40,273 bases of DNA from Octopus bimaculoides (taxonomy: Eukaryota): contig NC_068991.1 of NCBI RefSeq assembly GCF_001194135.2, positions 21,272,287 through 21,312,559 of the forward strand, read 5' to 3'. A program made the position numbers and the translations under genes. How positions within the stretch are numbered: the first letter of the stretch is position 1; every line of letters begins with the position of its first letter. The notes beneath the pieces are model-generated. The model was not told the origin of the DNA. It made no database searches and saw only the letters and a program-made list of their open reading frames with translations. This document shows positions 37,784-40,273 of the stretch, piece after piece.

Positions 37784-38352
37784 CGAAGTGCAAAGCAGAA
37801 GTTTGAGACGGTTTTTTGTAGAAGAGGCAGTTGTAAATGCCCAACATTATTGTAATTTTAGTATGTCATTACTATACATCTAATGGGCTGATCTGTCAAC
37901 TATTCAGTTTCCAGATTGAAGGAGACTGCTGTTAACAGCATTTTGTACACACCCTTCTAAACACTCTTATCACAGCTGAATAGTACGCACAGTGGAGTCG
38001 GGACGTGAAGATAATTTGGAAGCTCACTATGCAATAAAGTTTTGTATTAAACTGGGCAAGAGACAATACAGATACTTGTGAAATGTTTCAGACTGTTTAG
38101 GGATTCTCCTGTATGAGCCGAACATCTATTTTCCACTGGTACAAGAGGTTCAAATACAGTAGAGAGGAAGGAAGTGAGAGACAATGAGATTTGTGGAAGT
38201 GAGAGGGACATCAGAATATTAGACCCGGTTGAGAAAATATGTCGTTTATTGGATGAAAGCCATCGTGTATCTATAAAGAAAATAAGCATACAGTTTGGAG
38301 TTGGTTCGACAAATGTACACAGAATTTTTCCTGGTGATCTGAACGTTCGCAA
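37784..38352 (+). pseudogene. mariner 5' part (TIR-like end plus N-terminal HTH), 3'-truncated
   Basis: TA|CGAAGTGCAAAGCAGAAGTTT; YAIKFCIKLGK..TCEMFQTV..SRTSIFHWYKRFK..LLDESHRVSIKKISIQFGVG..VHRI. Confidence 0.82.
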
Positions 38353-38725
38353 CCACAACCTCTTTTAGGCTTAGCAGCCCTTCTTGTTTGTTTTCACTGT
38401 TCCATTTTTGTCACCAAATTTGACCCTCCACAAACTCCCAAATTTTATTTAATTTGCTTTGCGGGAGCAATTGTTTTATCGAAGGTGTATCTTGTCGAGA
38501 AATGCTAGGAATACGAATTAGTAAAACAGCCAACAACGGATGAAGGGTCGTTCCTTGTGTCGTATGTCTTGTTTACCATTTGTTTCTTATGTTGCTGGCA
38601 AAAAAGTATATATTCCATGTCCTCATACTTCGTATATTTTGTTTTTTACGCTTTGTGACGTCCTGTGCCCACATATGCACATATACATACGTATACATGT
38701 ATGTACGTATACGCGTATATATATA

Positions 38726-38759
<34 letters not shown>

Positions 38760-38780
38760 NNNNNNNNNNNNNNNNNNNNN

Positions 38781-38826
<46 letters not shown>

Positions 38827-39189
38827 AACTCTGTGCGTGTGTCATATATGTGTGAGTGTAAGGATATGTAAAAGCATGGCCGTCATTCTCTGTTGATCTG
38901 CATTTATGCATATATGCATGTACGTATATATGTATGCATGTTTCTATTAATGTCTTTACGTATGCATGTATATATGCGTGTATATCTTTGAACGTGTGTA
39001 TACAACAATAAACATAGATTTTCAACAATATTAAACATTAAGAATAAACATTTACAACAACAGCAAGAATAAACTGAATTTATAACGCGAGAAGGAACAT
39101 TAACAACATAAAGGAAACACACACACACACACTCACTCTGAGATATACTCACTGGCACACAAATGGCGGGAAATTTAATATTACCATAT

Positions 39190-39440
39190 CGGAAGCTGTG
39201 CGGTACTAACAGCAACAGCATCGCTACCACAACAACCACCACCACGACAACCACAATGGCGACAATCAACAATGCGACAACGACGACGACCATCACTACC
39301 TCTACAGCAACCACCATCGCGACCAACAACAACAATAAGTACAAATGAAGAACAGGAAGATCAACACCACTACCACCTCCAGCTCCGACCACGATGACGA
39401 CGATGGTGACTACCATGGTGCAGATAGTGACGATAATGAC
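39190..39440. repeat. Degenerate (ACN)n trinucleotide low-complexity tract upstream of paralog B
   Basis: ACC/ACA/ACG runs; explains the Thr-rich and Val-rich pseudo-ORFs. Confidence 0.8.
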
Positions 39441-39907
39441 GGCTTTAAGATAATTAAGCTCGAGGCCAGTCAGTGACCCGACATACATTTTAAAATGCAC
39501 GTTTCCACAAATTATCACTTAATATAGATAGACACCCTCACAATAAACTTATGACTCTCTAATTTGTCTCTACACATGTTATAGTTTTACCTAATATAAA
39601 CTTGGAAACTAATAGCAGGAAGCCAGTCCTCTACAAAATAAACAGACTTTCTGAGGAATCATTTCTAGAAATTCTTTGCTATTTACCAAGTGTGGTAATT
39701 TTTGTTGTTGTTGTTAATATATTTACTTTATTACTTCGTTTAGAGATGCAGCATCGTTAAAAAGCGATTAAGAGTTAAATATTCTTAAATAATAATAAAT
39801 TGTATAGCCCAATCTAAGTAGCAGGATCTTTTATTAGATCCATAATGCTAACTGAGAAATAAAAGTTTAAAGAAATTAACGAAACAAATCGAATGAAGAA
39901 AACCACT

Positions 39908-40046
39908 ATGCAGCCTTCGGAAATTGATGTCGATGGAATTCTGAGAGCTCTGGGAGACTCTAAATACTTTCATACTACTCAATACCTCATCGTCTGCGCC
40001 TCGGCACTCACCGCTTCAGCCAACAGCTTTTTCTACATATTCATAG
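39908..40046 (+). CDS. SLC22 paralog B exon 1 (MQPSEIDVDGILRALGDSKYFHTTQYLIVCASALTASANSFFYIFI); gene continues beyond window
   Basis: Not in ORF track. ATG at 39908; same 139-nt length and phase-1 donor (G|GTAATA) as paralog A exon 1; 30/46 aa identical. Confidence 0.9.
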
Positions 40047-40067
40047 GTAATATCATACTTATATGCA

Positions 40068-40122
<55 letters not shown>

Positions 40123-40273
40123 TTATCTCTTTCCCTCTCCCCCTCTCTCTTTTCTCTGCCTATATATTCATATGTATGTATATATGTATACAAACACACA
40201 CGCACATAAAAAAAATTTTACACATGAAGTAGATATGCGTTACCCAAATCACATTAATATTTTTAGCTACACC

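Noticed and set aside
38904-39518. 204-aa Val-rich hydrophobic ORF resembling a membrane protein
   Set aside because: Antisense reading of a degenerate (ACN)n tract plus TA/TG repeats; no family motif.
26763-39907. Shared bidirectional promoter for the two paralogs
   Set aside because: The ATGs are 13 kb apart with TE-filled spacer and no TSS evidence; cannot be supported from sequence.

Overview
AT-rich, microsatellite-dense, gapped animal genomic DNA; the SINE families and repeat style suggest an Octopus scaffold (inference from recall, not a database hit). The main feature is a complete 10-exon SLC22 (organic cation/anion transporter, MFS) gene on the minus strand (ATG 26762 to TGA 3071; 1668 nt, 555 aa). 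I rebuilt it by hand; all introns are GT-AG and all phases are compatible. Exons 4, 6, 7, 9 and 10 are not represented in their coding frame in the ORF track. Exon 1 of a second, head-to-head SLC22 paralog starts at 39908 (+). By-eye alignment to human OCT1/OAT1 suggests the substrate cavity is heavily rewritten (basic and aromatic residues lost, acidic ones gained). The exon-8 acceptor appears to be built from a SINE tail. The rest is TE debris: three SINE-like families, RLE-type (R4/Dong-like) LINE 3' ends stacked on (AAT)n arrays, Tx1-like pieces, a Penelope-like GIY-YIG relic, a candidate degenerate hammerhead, Tc3-like, mariner and hATm-like relics, and hAT, pogo, piggyBac and mariner MITEs. 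No prokaryote-type systems, CRISPR arrays, tRNA or rRNA genes were found. TE boundaries are approximate unless TIR/TSD positions are given.
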